64,000 nt of DNA from Novakomyces olei. Its lineage: Eukaryota. The first letter of the stretch is position 1. Each line of letters starts with the position of its first letter. Made by a program: the position numbers and the translations under genes. The notes below the pieces were generated by a model. The model saw only the letters and a program-made list of their open reading frames with translations. It made no database searches and was not told where the DNA came from. Positions 1 to 13,183 of the stretch are shown here, piece after piece. The stretch is taken from positions 2,046,001 through 2,110,000 of the forward strand of contig JADEYG010000007.1 of NCBI GenBank assembly GCA_016906335.1, written 5' to 3'.

Positions 1-2364
1 TTTGATGGAGTGGAGTATGCGTTAGAAGAGGCGGCCAAGTTGCCAAAGGAAGCGTCCTGCCCTGCATTACTAAGGTTTGTGAGAGGCGCATGGAACGAGT
101 TCACCTGTTGATCGGCATTGTTACTGTGAATTAGTGTATGGCGATTAAACTGCAGATAAATCACTTAAATGCAAAAAATGAAAACAAAACAAATGTAGGA
201 CAAATTAAAAATAAGACCCAAGATGTCGGAAATTAAATATTCAATTTAATATATATAATTTGCAGTCGATGAGGAATATGTGAAATTAAACAGCTCTTGG
301 CGCTTACTTTGACGTTATCAACACAGGAGTAACCCGCTTCCTCCCGTCTTTAGTAATGCTGACTTTTTGCTGTAGAGACTCAGCAGGTTTTGTCGGTGTT
401 GAGGCATCATTCGGAGCTGGCTTCGCAGAGAACCGCTCGAGCGACTGTGACGATGCAATCATCGGCGTCTGGTGAGCTCGTTCTACGGAAGTGGGAATAG
501 GGTTTGATTCCTTAGCGGCATTTGCTTTCTTTTCCAAATCTAATTGTAGTATTGTCTCTGGTAGGGCCGATCCTTTAGTCAGAATTCCATAGCGTGCAAG
601 AGTATCGTGCTGCAGATTAGTATATATATGAGGCTTGAAAAAATATTCGCGTAAACGTATAGCCGCGGAATCACAAAATTGTTTAAGACATACAGTATCC
701 TCATCAGAAAATATCTCTCCAAGCTCGTCTTTTTCAAATTTGCATGCTACCACTGATCCATCGTATGAGCAGGCAAACAAGCACAAGCCGTCTTGTGTCC
801 AGCACAAGTCGCCTATACTTTTCGTAGCAACTTCTGTGATTACGCAGATAGGACGCGGTTTAATCGTACTCCAAATGCTGACTGCTCTATCTTGCCCGGC
901 ACAAGCCAGTACAGTTAATGCCGATAATTCTTTTCCATCACCATCTGCTTCTTTTGCTGCGTCATCATTTTGCTCAGACGTGTCTTTGAATAACTTTGGA
1001 TTGAACGCACAGACTTCGACTGGCGCCTCGTGCCCAATAAGCGAAATCGTCGTGTCCCACACGCCTCTTTCTATAATCGAAACTGCACACACAGGGCCGT
1101 TCATTGCATTTGCTCCCGCAACATTTGCACCGTCTGGCGACCAAGATGGCCGACGAAAGTATGTTGTCAGAGGAGAATGCTCGAATGGCTGAGAAAGAGT
1201 TTTTTCTAAATGGAAATCAGAAGATCGCCAGATTTTCAGTGTTCGATCGTCAGACTGACGTTAGCTTGATCACACTTTGGTATATTCGTATCCACAAGAG
1301 ATTCTTTCTTTTTTTGCTGAATTAGATTCTTACCTGTGTCGCAAAGTACTTGCCGGCCGGATCGAATACAACACCCTTTACATGGCTCTTGTGCGCGTTC
1401 AACGTTTTCAGTCGCTCTAAAGCATCAGTCTTGTGATCATTAAAAATGGGTTATTATATACAAGGCAGGCAAGTATAAAGGCCTCTGGAACTGTATTCTA
1501 AACTTGCACGTTTAACGATAATGAAAACATTTCGTCACGGCAATTTATGCAAAATCGCGTAAATATATTGAATAAAGCAAAGCCGCCCCGCTTACCAAAG
1601 TTAATCCCGCTCCACACAATAATATTACTGTCCAACCCGACGCTAATGAGAAGATCTCCGCTATGACTCCAAGCAATGTCCTGGATGTCTACATTATTAG
1701 ATCAAATTTCAACCAGCAAACAGGCCCAGGCCGATTATGCGTCGAGTCAGATAGCTTACCATTGTCATGGCCCATCAGTCTCTTCACAGACCGCCAATGC
1801 TCAACGTTGACTTCTTTTGACCCAAAAATTGGAGCAGGAGCAGCATTCCTTTTGTTTAGCAAGAATAATCAAATATAAAGTTGAAACAAACATAATAATA
1901 ATTAAAAAGGCTGAATCTTACTGGTCTATGCTCCAGACAATAAGAAAGCGGTCGTCAGATCCAGAGGCAAGGTACCTCCCATCCGGAGAAAACCGTACTG
2001 AAGTTACAGTCCCCGTGTGAGTAGACATTGAGCAAAGCTGCCGAGGTTTATCGTACAGGGCATCCGGGGTTAAAAATGCCTCTGTTGACCAGATTTTAAT
2101 CTTTCCATCTAGCCGTGAGTGAGCTTCGCAACCCGATTCCAATCATCATACCTAAACCACCTGTCGCCAGCCTTTTGCCGTCCGGCGAAACATCAATCGA
2201 GAAAATAGAAAGAGCATTGTCCTTATCATCTGGTGCTGGTCAGAAAATCAATTCAAACAAAAGGAGCAAAGGCCCGAGAAAAGAACGTATTTTGATTTGA
2301 TTTCAAAAGCTGAATTCGACTGCGTACCCCTATGGCTAAGCCAAGGCTTTGAGATGATGTGCAT
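1..2364 (-). CDS. HIR1: HIRA/Hir1 histone chaperone, WD40 N-terminus; multi-exon, runs off the left edge
   Basis: Spliced reading [45 protein letters not shown]...[28 protein letters not shown]-like motif [16 protein letters not shown] in ORF 304-1104; GT..AG introns with CTAAY-type branch points. Confidence 0.93.
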
Positions 2365-3038
2365 GGGCAAAGTTGCGCGGGTACAGTCCCGTGTTCAATC
2401 ATGCAACTTTAGCCAAACAGACTTGTCAAACCTTTATCGCGCTATTCAATTGTACAGAGCGGACAGCGATTTTCCTCGTTGCATGAGCTGCCGCCTGTTA
2501 AATCGCTTGTTCAACGTTGCAGCTGGTAAACAGAGTGATGATACATTTGCTACACTATCCCATTAAGCAAATAATTATTCCATAAAAATACAGCAAACGC
2601 GCACAATTAATTTAATTATACTATCGGTTCAATTTGAGTGACCGCCGGTGAGTGGGCAAAGCAAACATTACAACTTCAAAATTTAAGGTTAGAACTACAC
2701 ACAGTGAAGACTCCCAAGTTGTATACATAATAAACGTACAGTAACATCCAAGTACGATGGATAATGGTGTTTTAACCCAGAGAGAGTTTATATTTTTAAA
2801 AACAATTGAATATTTTATGTTTTATATTTTAATTAATAATCATCTACAACACCGTGTATAATGTAACACCGACCCCACAGTAGGCTTAATCGCTAATCTG
2901 TGCGGACTACAGATAAAAGGTACGTGGTATTAATAATCAAAGGTTTACTGCTCAAATCGAGTGCTAAAGGCATACTTTGGGGTAATAAGCCTTTATACTG
3001 TTGCAAACGTGTTTCGACGCTTGAGTTTAGCGCGCAAT

Positions 3039-4146
3039 ATGGCCGCTAACAATGGCTATCATACTCGAGCGAGCGGCAAAGCTCTACAGGTATACCGTCA
3101 AAATGAAGCATTAATAACCTGGTAGACTGTTGATAAGCATTCGGCGGAGTCGGACTTGAAACTTTACTCTGGGTGCTTTTGCCCTTTTGCTCAGCGGGTG
3201 TGGATAATGATGGAAGAGCTAAAGTATGGCGCCGTTCTTTGACTGGATACTACCCTATAATTGCCTTGCTGAACTGCGTCAGGGGTTTATATTTGTTCAA
3301 ATATCTTATTATCTATGGCCTATGTTTACTGACGGCAAGGCTTCCTTACCAGTACATCGAAATCGATCCTTACCGTAAACCCAAGGAGCTGGTAGAAATC
3401 AGCCCTAAGGGGCTTGTACCGGCAATAAAACACGGCGACTGGGGCTTACACGAATCTGTAATTATCATGGAGTATTTGGAGGCTCTTCAGCCTGGGAAAG
3501 GTCTCTTCCAACAGGGAGCAAAAAAGCTGGCTGAAGCCAAATTATTGGCAGAATGGGTGGGGAAAACTATCACCCCGGGATTCTACCGGTTCTTGCAAGC
3601 ACAGGATGAAACAAAGCAGAAGGAAATGGGTCAGGAATTGTCGAAATCGGTAGGATAGTACTCGTCTTTTATTGTTTTTTTACTTATTTTCTTTATTTTT
3701 TTACAAATAATACTATTCAGCTTTATTCAAAGTGCCTTTTGGATTAAGCAATGGCCCAGACTATATACTAATCCCCAGTTAGTTGAGCTAGCCGGTAACA
3801 TGGATCCAGAAGGCCCGTTTGCCCAGGTAAGTTTATTACATTCCCATAGATAGCGAAATGAAACAACTAAATTTTGAAACAGGGACCCGAATTTGGTTGG
3901 CTTGACGTGCTGTTAGCACCTTGGGTTGTTCGTATCCGTCGTGTGCTTTACCCCTATCGTGGATTTACCCTGCCGAATGATGCACGTTTGATTTCATGGG
4001 TGAAAGCGATCGAGGCTCATCCGTCAGTGGTGGCTACTACAAGCGACCCGGAGCTTTACATCGACAGTTACCAGCGGTACGCTGAAAACAGGCCAAATAC
4101 CTCGCAAGTGGCAAATGCAATCAATAAGGGTGAAGATTTACCATAA
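3039..4146 (+). CDS. Glutathione S-transferase, omega-like (Cys active site); about 5 exons
   Basis: Spliced exon 2 gives LKLYSGCFCPFAQRVW; then SPKGLVPAI..LHESVIIMEYLE; C-terminal domain in ORF 3874-4146. Confidence 0.88.
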
Positions 4147-4393
4147 GAGGATGGGTTTCAATGAGTATTTTTTATTGATAATGGTAGTTAATTACTATTT
4201 CTGTTAGTGTTCATACACCCCGTTTCGATATCTTGTGCATGCATTTAGGAAAACCCCATCTTGTTATTTCTTGTTAACAGCCGATCTGCGTACGTTTGGC
4301 TTTGTTAAATTACAATCTTAGTGGACAGACGTAAACAAATTTTATTTAATTGATCGATTAATTAATTATTTATTTATTAACATGTCAATCCAT

Positions 4394-6335
4394 TCAAAGG
4401 CACGAAAACAAAACAGCAAGGTACAGCAAGCACATGACGCTGTACGAAAACAAGTGGGAAACAGCGGCAGAATCGCCCTCAAACATGGTGACGACAGACT
4501 CTGTCTTATCAGCCATTTCGGGCTGTAGAGCTCGGGCAGAAACGTTATTGTTTAAAATGACATCTGCAGTTAAACTGTTTGCCAACATGGCTCGGGAGGA
4601 ATGAGTGCCTCCCGGCACAGTACGAAACGATTGATACTGAGTAATGTTAGAGTTGATCCGGTTCACATGATGCCAGAAATGTTTTGCTCTATCTAGCGGG
4701 TAAGAGCCCTGTGTATTTGCCGGGCAAGAAGTATCCTGTTCACTGATTGGAGTGTCCGGTCCAACGTCTCGAGCTCCGACGAGGTAAGCAATTCGCTTCC
4801 CTGTGTACTCAGTAGTGGCCCTTTTATTGGAAAATTCACGTCTGTAAGCTTGGCCAATGGGGGAGATAGAGAAAGAAGCGAGTCCGTACTCCCATTCATT
4901 GTACGTTTTAGCACACATCATTGTCTCTTCTGACCTCCAGTTCGACATGTAAGCATATGAGATAGCGCCAATAACCACAAACGAAACGGGAAATGTACTC
5001 GTGCCCTGACCGACAAGAGCGTAGCGCTGTACCAAGTTTGCCCCGGCACCAAAACCCACAATTACTATACGCTTCATATTGGGAAATCGGTCATTGTCGT
5101 CTAAAAGTTCGAGAGCACTGTCCATTACATGCAAACTCGTTGAGTTTGTGGGGCCATTTGCATCACCAAAGGCTCCACTGCACCAGCTTGTGCCTGTTGC
5201 GATTAGATTGGAACAAATTTGAATACAGATGGGAGGAAATAAAGAAAGAAGGAGCAAGGAAATTGAAAAAAATTAAAGATTAAAAATTAAAAAAAAAAAA
5301 CAAAAAAAAACAACAATTCATCAGTTAATTAATCAATTAAAAATTAAATTAAATTAAATTAAATTAAATTAAATTATAACAAATGAATAAATCACTGATT
5401 AAAAAATAACCAATCAACAAATTGTAACGTCTAAATACCTCTCCATTGCATTGGAGCCTCACTCTTTGAAAGCGACAGTGGCCCGTCGTTGCCCGAAAAG
5501 TCTGGTGCAATTACCATTGCTGAAGAAGGAGGGTATCCGCTATATTCGAGAGCAGCAATTACATCGTTCCAAATAGACGAAGCCGTTCCCGCACCGCCAT
5601 GAACTGCCAAAATGCCCAAAACTGCGGAACTGTCTTGGCTGCCGTCCGATTTCCTCAGCCAGTATCGATCTAAAAGTGTTTAGATAAACTCGAAATGAAA
5701 GGCTGGGGCCCCCTGAGCCATTTCCTTCCTTTTTGTCCCTTTGTTTATATTTTCATCTTTTATTTTTTTTATATATTTAATATTAAAGATTTGAATTTTT
5801 TTTTTTTTTTTTTTTTTTTACCTTCGTTATTCAGGTCAATAATGGCACCCGTGGACCGTCTGTCTGTCGCATCTCCATCAGATCCAAATGATTTTGGTTT
5901 AGATACCAATTTATAATTCTGCTGTGATCTGTAATCGCTCGAATCGGACTGTCCCTGATACCCTCCCCCCATTGAATTGGTAGAGGAAGCATAGCCATTA
6001 CCCCATTGACCATATTGGCCACCCAAATTGCCTTTTGTCTCATGCTTATCGTTGGCTGGTGTTTTATAAAATGATGCTGAGCCTGATTGGGCATTAGAAT
6101 TTCCGTACTGGTTACCATAGTCGGCACCTGAAGAGCCTCCGTAATCATTGGAAAATTGGCCGCTTGGTTTGTTAAATGACTGAGTTGCACGGTTACTTGC
6201 ATAATAATCCTCGCCCTGCTGGAATTGCCGGCGGTAGCGGGTAGTTGGCTTGGAGAAGGTTATCCGGCATATAAAAGGGAGCAGAATGGCCCAAATGGCG
6301 AGTCGAGAAACGTATCCGGGTGGAAATAATGCCAT
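4394..6335 (-). CDS. Secreted, probably GPI-anchored protein: G/N/Q/S/Y-rich N-region plus alpha/beta-hydrolase-like domain; 3 exons
   Basis: ORFs 5769-6335, 5431-5619 and 4394-5257 join through two GT..AG introns; hydrophobic N-terminus, LAVHGG, VIVGFGAGANLVQRYA, VGARD, GGTHS, hydrophobic C-terminal tail. Confidence 0.72.
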
Positions 6336-6588
6336 AGGGAAACGAGACTGTGTTATTGCTGGTCCTTTATTTTTTTCTTTGATTTTTTGTTTTTATATTT
6401 TCATGCCTTTTTTGTATGCTTTTGAAAATGTCCTCTACTAAAGGGAATATGCCTCGTTTTTTTGTTTACTTCTTAGTTTTCTTTATATGATTTTTTAGTT
6501 GTTTTCAAAAAGGGCCTCACACGTGACAAAATCAATGTTACTAATTTGCTTGCATTAATACGCTAGGCCGTAGGCGAGTAAAAGGTAT

Positions 6589-8023
6589 TTAACCGGGCGG
6601 CAAATCGCTGATATCAACAGCCTCCTGTATTGTTAGAATTGTTAGAAAAAAACGGATTTTTTGTAAGTTCAAAGTTATGGATAAACGTTGTACAATGAAT
6701 ATTGCCAGCGCTGAGGCATTTTACAAAAACAAACCGCATTCAAGGAAAATAACTAGACATTTGACAAACAAAATTTTAAAAAGATGAAAACAAATCTTGT
6801 TATATACAACAGCATGCGACAGACTAAAAGAAAAATTGATAGTTTCTAAAATAAATACAAATACAAATAAAGACAAAGAACAAATCATACTCTTTCTTTC
6901 GCTTCCTCCTCTTCCTCAGATTCAAGGGGCGTTCGGGGCAGGGCCATCATACCCGACCGTGCAGCTTCAAGAATTCCGAATGGCTTAAGAAGCGTAATAA
7001 AACTGGTAACTCTAGAAGGCTTCGCGCATAGCTCGACCACAACAGTATTGGTGGAAATATCCACAACTTTGCCTCCAAAGTTCCTCGCCAAATCCATTAT
7101 TGCCTTTAAATGAACGTGTTTTTGGCGCAATGCCTCTGAGGTAGGAAGATGAGCAGGATGACGCGAAGTCAACTCTTCCTCCAAAGTAGTACCGTTCTCT
7201 ATAGCCTCTGCTTCCTCCTCAATAACTGCCTCCTCATCGCTCACCTTATGAGAAGAAAGAAGTTCGTAAAAGTGCTCCGGTCCAAGAATACTGACTTTAC
7301 AAAGAAGTAACTCGCGCTGGATAATATCGGTCTTGGAATAATCCAGTACTGCCCATACTGGAACCAAATCTTCTAATTGTCGACGAGCTTGCTCAATAAC
7401 CCCATCGAGCCCACGCAGCACTATGGTCATACGCGATAAATCTTTCACCTCTGTATTGCAAACGACAAGTGAATCAATGTTGAATCCCCGAGCAGCCAAA
7501 ATCCCCGAGAGTCTGCTAAGAACACCAGGTTCATTTTGAACAAGACAATTAAGGACATGAACTTCTGGTTTCTTTGTCGATCTTTGGGGTGTATTGTACA
7601 CGATCTGGTCTTGTTAGATTTATTTCTTCTTACAGCTTTGTTTTCATTGTTAACATTCATTTCATGTTTTTATTTCTTCTATTTTTTTTTCTTCTTCAAA
7701 TTTCTCGTCTCTTTATTTCTTGTCTTTTTAGACTTACGTTTGAAACTGCTTCAGGAACGCTCCAGCTTGGAGGATCAATCACCGGCAAAGGCGGTGGAGA
7801 GGGTCGTCGATGAGAGGCCTTGTAATATATTGCTGAAGTTGCGGAAGACTCGTGCCGAAGTGATCTCTAGACAAGATGAGATTGATACACCAAAAAAAAA
7901 TCCTGAATTGAGAAGAAATCATTCATTCATTAGATAATTGCAATCGAAACATACGTAGACCAAGGTAGATCTGGCGCTGCGCCATCCCGGTCGAAGTGTC
8001 GTAAGCCCTCGGCCTTGAGCCAT
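6589..8023 (-). CDS. ILV6: Acetolactate synthase regulatory (small) subunit, mitochondrial
   Basis: ACT domain HVLNCLVQNEPGVLSRLSGILAARGFNIDSLVV; presequence MAQGRGLTTLRPGWRSARS; a last small exon gives EAVDISDLPPG-stop at 6589. Confidence 0.95.
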
Positions 8024-8256
8024 CTCTAACTCAAATGTCTGATACAAAGACCACTCTGTAGAAAAATACAAAATATACTTGGAATGAGAAAGTTGTCCAA
8101 GTATTTATTGTATACGAAGAGAATTTAACGAATTTATTGTATTTATTGCAAAGTTTTTATTGTATCGTTTTACGTGAGCAACTGATATTTGAATGATAGC
8201 TGCCTCCGGAGTCACCAAGTAATACGCATTGAAATTCTATGTATCTGTCAGACGTC

Positions 8257-8257
<1 letters not shown>

Positions 8258-8306
<49 letters not shown>
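8258..8306. repeat. (TTA)n microsatellite, about 16 copies
   Basis: Seen directly, between ILV6 start and the KH gene 3' end. Confidence 0.95.
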
Positions 8307-8489
8307 GAATGAAATCCAAGATATCTATTTACGCTAGTTCTATCAGTCTGCCTAGTAGCCTTTCCAGTGCATAAACAGAGACTCAAGCGCTTATGCCATA
8401 AACTCTTGCCAAAAGAATTCAACAAAATTTAAAAATTCTTCTTCATAACTTTTCTTCGCTTTTTATGATTTAGTACACATGTCTAATTT

Positions 8490-10582
8490 TCATGACCCTG
8501 GGCCTTGCGGACCCGGTCCGGGGGTAAAAGACGCCATTGGGCTGCCAGCGGCTCCTTGACCCTGGGCATTGTACCAAAGCATATAGTTCTGGTATCCACC
8601 ATAAGCAGCATAAGGATCTGCTGCTCCAGAATTTGGAGTTCCTTCTTGAGAAACATAGGCCATGTACGGATCCTGCGACGCCGGCGAGGCTACATCGTAA
8701 CCAGGTGCTCCACCAGGTGCTCCGGGAGAAAGTCCAGCAACACCGGGCGGTAAAGGCGAGCTTGTCTGGAAGCGAGGGGTGCGGTAATCATGGCCAGGTC
8801 CGCCGCCTGCTGGTCGCATATGATGGCCACTTTGTATTGCTTGCTCGTACTGTGTTTTAACATGCGCTATAAGATCCGAGCACAGCTGTCGCGCCCTGTC
8901 CAACGCTGTCTGATCAGGTCCACTATAGAAGTTTTAGAATTGTCTCTAATGTATAATTATGACTAGAAAAGGGAATAAAATGTCAAATAGGAAAAACATT
9001 GGTGAGAAAATTTAATAAATGATAAACGATCTTCTGGATCAACTTACATCAAATGAAGATAGAGTGGCTCACTGCTCTCATGCCCAAGATCGGGCTCTAT
9101 AAATCCACTGCCTTGGCCTTTGATCTGAATCCGGACCCGGGTTTCGCCGTAAATATGTTTAACATTTGCGCCCTGTTGGCCGACTACCGCTTGGCGCACG
9201 TAAAATTGCCGACTGACCGGAATCCCTATCGGAATTTTCAGTTCGGGCCATTTCTTCCGGGTTCGTTCTTCCTGTGGTTCTTGTCGTCTAAATCGTCGCT
9301 CGTCAACAAGGGAACCAAGATCCTTATTGATGAGCTCTTCGACTCGTCGTACTGCGAGCTCGAGACCACTGCGCTCTGGGCATACGATATGAAGATAAAG
9401 AGGAGGATCTTTTTCCGTAGCCAGAGCCTTGTTTGGATAATACTTTCCGTGCACGCTTAGATCTGACAGTAAGAAGATGTTATGCCGAGTTGAATTAAAA
9501 AGGCAAATAGAAAGAATAAAATCAACAAACAAAAAACTATCAATAAAAATCAACAAATAAATAAAGTTCGATAACAATCGTCAGTAAGTCTCTCAATAAA
9601 ACGCTTATTGCATATAGTTGAAACTTACCAGCACCAGTTTGCTCCTTTATAGTCCGATGAGTATCGGCCTTTGTTAGCAGGTATTTATTTCTTATATCAT
9701 TTATTTCGATATCGCGAATGAATAGGCCACCTTCCTCATACATAGATCCACGTAAAGCGCTGATAGGCGGAGGCGGTGCGTGAACAGTAGCAGGCAAAGG
9801 CGGAGGGGGGCCTGGACTACGTGAGCCAGAAGGTGGCGGTGGTGGTGGTGCTTCGCCTTCAGGTGGTGGAGGCGGAGGAGGAGGCTGAGATGAGGGCGCA
9901 GGCAAAGGTGCTTCTGCTACATTTGGCTCCTGCGTTTCTCGCTGTTGTAATTGAGCAGCAATTCTAGCAGCCGCGGCAGCTGGAGGATTAGTGAATAAGC
10001 TAAATGAAATAAATTAATTAATTAATTATAATAGGTAATCGTAAGAAAACAATCCATGCAGAAAGACGGCAATGATTTGTAGATTGTATTAAATTTTCAA
10101 GGAAAAAAAGGTTCAACCAAATTTGATGTTGTTGTAAAAGGTCCAATTTAGAAACAGCTACTAGGCAACTTACCTGCTATATCAGTCGGATCTAATTGCT
10201 TCTTTTCTAGTCCAACATCTTCCGGACTATGACTTCGACGTGAATAACTCCTACCGTTACGTCGTCTATAATCATCATGTTCTTCTCTATCATCATATCG
10301 CCTTTCTCCTCTGCCTCTGTCACTGCGATCATGAGCTTTGCCTTCCCGTTTTCCTTCATCGAACCCTCTGCCATCCCGACTTTCCCGGTGCCGATCACGG
10401 TGCCGATCAGATCTTTCATAACGCTCGTAACGGTCTTCGCGGTGACGGTCACTACGTCTGTCATCTCTGTATCTGCTTCCACCTTCCCTCCGATCTCTGC
10501 TCTCATGTTCGTCGCGTCTTCGATCGCGATCATCTCGGCGGCTGCTTTCGCGCGGCAGCCTTTCGCTGCTGTGGGAAGACAT
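8490..10582 (-). CDS. KH-domain RNA-binding protein, KHDC4/BLOM7-like; RD-rich N-terminus, Pro-rich linker
   Basis: IRDIEINDIRNKYLLTK, PPLYLHI, VVGQQGANVKHI..TRVRIQIKGQGSGFIEP..ESSEPLYLH across ORFs 10148-10582, 9540-9905, 9044-9577, 8490-8903. Confidence 0.82.
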
Positions 10583-10746
10583 TGCTTCTGACGTAAAGGC
10601 TAATAGAGAGAGAAAATATCAGGTCCGCTTGCTTTCGCTCTTGACCGCACGTACACGGCAAGGCCTGTACCTTGGGCGCCCTTCTAACTTTCAGACTTGT
10701 TTATCAAATCATTGAATATAAATTAGAAAATTATTTCTATGTGCAC

Positions 10747-10747
10747 T

Positions 10748-10786
<39 letters not shown>

Positions 10787-10810
10787 TTCATTTATTTATT
10801 TATTTATTTA
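10747..10810. repeat. (TTTA)n microsatellite in KH-gene/PEX19 divergent intergenic region
   Basis: Seen directly. Confidence 0.9.
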
Positions 10811-10959
10811 TATTCATTCCTACTATCTTCTCATATTTCGATTTTAATTTTAATTTTTCATCGCTATATTTTATATACATAAATCCAGGCCTTCTCTCTA
10901 TTCAAGGGCCGTGTGGGGAAAGAAGGCACACGAGATCAATGTTGAAATAACAGCCCAAA

Positions 10960-11995
10960 ATGTCGCAGCCAAAGCCCGCAGAACTTGATGATCTTGATGA
11001 TTTGGATGGTAAGATGCGCTCTCTATTTTACTAAAAGCGCACAGATATTTTGGACGAATTCGACGCCGATGCGACCGATTCCAAACCTGCAGCAGAGCCT
11101 GGGCCAAAGGCACCTTCGACAGACACTTCCAACGAGATAAATGCCGCTCTGGACGGCCTAGATGAAAACGATTTTGCTCAACAATTACGTAGTGGGATGG
11201 AGGATATGATACATAACATGCAGCAAAATGAAGGCCAACGGGAAGATTTTGAAAAGTTGCTTTCTGTCTTACAAAGCTCTCCTGCTCCAACGGATCATTC
11301 TCAAAGGAGCTCCGAGGCCCCACGGCCAAGTGAGTCTTCTTTTGAAGACTCTATTGCGGCTGCAATGGGCCGGCTCAAGACTTCAAATGCTCGTGCGTCT
11401 GAACAGAGCCAAAACGGTCGTGCTGGTGCCGAGACGGAGGACGAATTCTTGGCTCAAATGCTGAATGCCTTGGTTGATGCTGGCGGAGGAGAAAATCCCG
11501 AAGACTTTGGCAGTTTACTTGAAGGCCTAGCGGATCAGCTTATGCAAAAAGATTTAATTTATGAGCCGCTCAAAGAGCTTAATCAAATGGTATTCATTCG
11601 TTTTACATATTAAATGCCATCTACAAACGCTTAAACACTCCCGGTTTTTGCGATATTTCATCGTCAATACTGATACAACAGTTCCCAAAATGGTTGGCCG
11701 ACAATGAGGGTAATGCCAAGGTCTCTCGACAGGATATGGAACTTCACCGCTCTCAATACGCTAAAGTTCGCGAGATCATTGCCTGCTTTGAGGATCCAAC
11801 ATATTCAGATAGGGACCCTGAGAGGAGCAAGATTGTCCGTGAACGAATGATGGAAGCAAGTCCTCCAATGTTCTGCTTTTGCTAACAAGGCAGTTACAAG
11901 AGTCCGGTAATCTGCCAGACGAGCTCATGTCGACGCTTGCGCCTGGCATGGACGCAGACGGCAAGACGGGCGACAAAAATTGCACAATCATGTGA
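10960..11995 (+). CDS. PEX19: Peroxin-19, peroxisomal membrane protein chaperone; 4 exons
   Basis: MSQPKPAELDDLDDLD/DILDEF N-terminus, LMQKDLIYEPLKEL, C-terminal CaaX box NCTIM-stop. Confidence 0.93.
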
Positions 11996-12220
11996 ATTTC
12001 ACAAAATATGTTGAAGCATGCTAAAACGCGCAAAGCGTCTGGCCCCAACTTAGTCGGACCCGAAAAGATCTTTCTTTCTGCGGTCGTTTGGCTATGCGTT
12101 TTCATATTCAGATCTTTGATCGCTAGAACTTGACACAACACGGAAGTGTTGTCTGTGTCTTGTTGATTTCTTGTCGCTAAAGCGATTCTGTTAGAAATGT
12201 AATTTCCCTGCATGAAACTC

Positions 12221-12763
12221 TCAAAAGTTTAGTTCTGCCATAGCCTGCTCCAGTTCTGAGTCCGAATAATCGGACTCTAATTCTAAATTTTGCTCAGAGG
12301 CCCCATCGAACTCAAAATCTGGGCTTGGTTCTGGTGGCTCGATCCCTTGATCACAATTTATTTGTGGATTTTTTTTCTCCTTCTCATCAAGGCCTCCACT
12401 CATATTTTGTTCCAAGCTCTGGGCATGCTCTTTAGCCTGGCTTTCCATGCGTTCGAGGTAAAAATTCACTTCCTGTGCCCAAGCCAGCCGTTCCATCTTT
12501 GATATTAATTTGTAAAGAGCTCATATGTAATATACCTCATCATGCCCGCCACGGCCGCTTGTATGCTTTTCTTGTCGCTGTTGTCGCCGCGTCCGCTGTA
12601 ACGCGTTCACCCGTTTTTGCTGCTGTATATCTTTTGCTTTTGGTGATCGCGCATCTTGAGGCAGTTGCACCTTGGCACGTGCTGGCGAAGATTGTGGCCG
12701 TTGTTTCGAATTATATTGACGCGCTCTTTTCGTAGCTGCATCTGACGCGTTAGCGCTCTCCAT
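12221..12763 (-). CDS. Hypothetical protein, two exons, basic N-half and acidic C-half
   Basis: ORFs 12521-12763 and 12221-12496 join in frame through a short GTATAT..AAG intron. Confidence 0.55.
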
Positions 12764-12789
12764 GTACCATTGCTTCAGATATGATTTAC

Positions 12790-13085
12790 ATATAAATATA
12801 AATATAAATATAAATATAAATATAAATATAAATATAAATATAAATATAAATATAAATATAAATATAAATATAAATATAAATATAAATATAAATATAAATA
12901 TAAATATAAATATAAATATAAATATAAATATGAATATAAATATAAATATAAATATAAATATAAATATAAATATAAATATAAATATAAATATAAATATAAA
13001 TATAAATATAAATATAAATATAAATATAAATATAAATATAAATATAAATATAAATATAAATATAAATATAAATATAAATATAAAT
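12790..13085. repeat. (ATATAA)n hexanucleotide array, about 49 copies, one variant unit
   Basis: Seen directly. Confidence 0.98.
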
Positions 13086-13183
13086 TATATAGAAAATAGC
13101 TGTTATTGCATTCGTGATACCACAACATTTTTTCCAGTCAACTTTCCAAACTGACGTTCTTTGCTACGACGAGGCTGCTAGCA

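Noticed and set aside
12762..13154. ORFs encoding poly-(IN) or poly-(LY)
   Set aside because: Translations of the hexanucleotide array with no coding context
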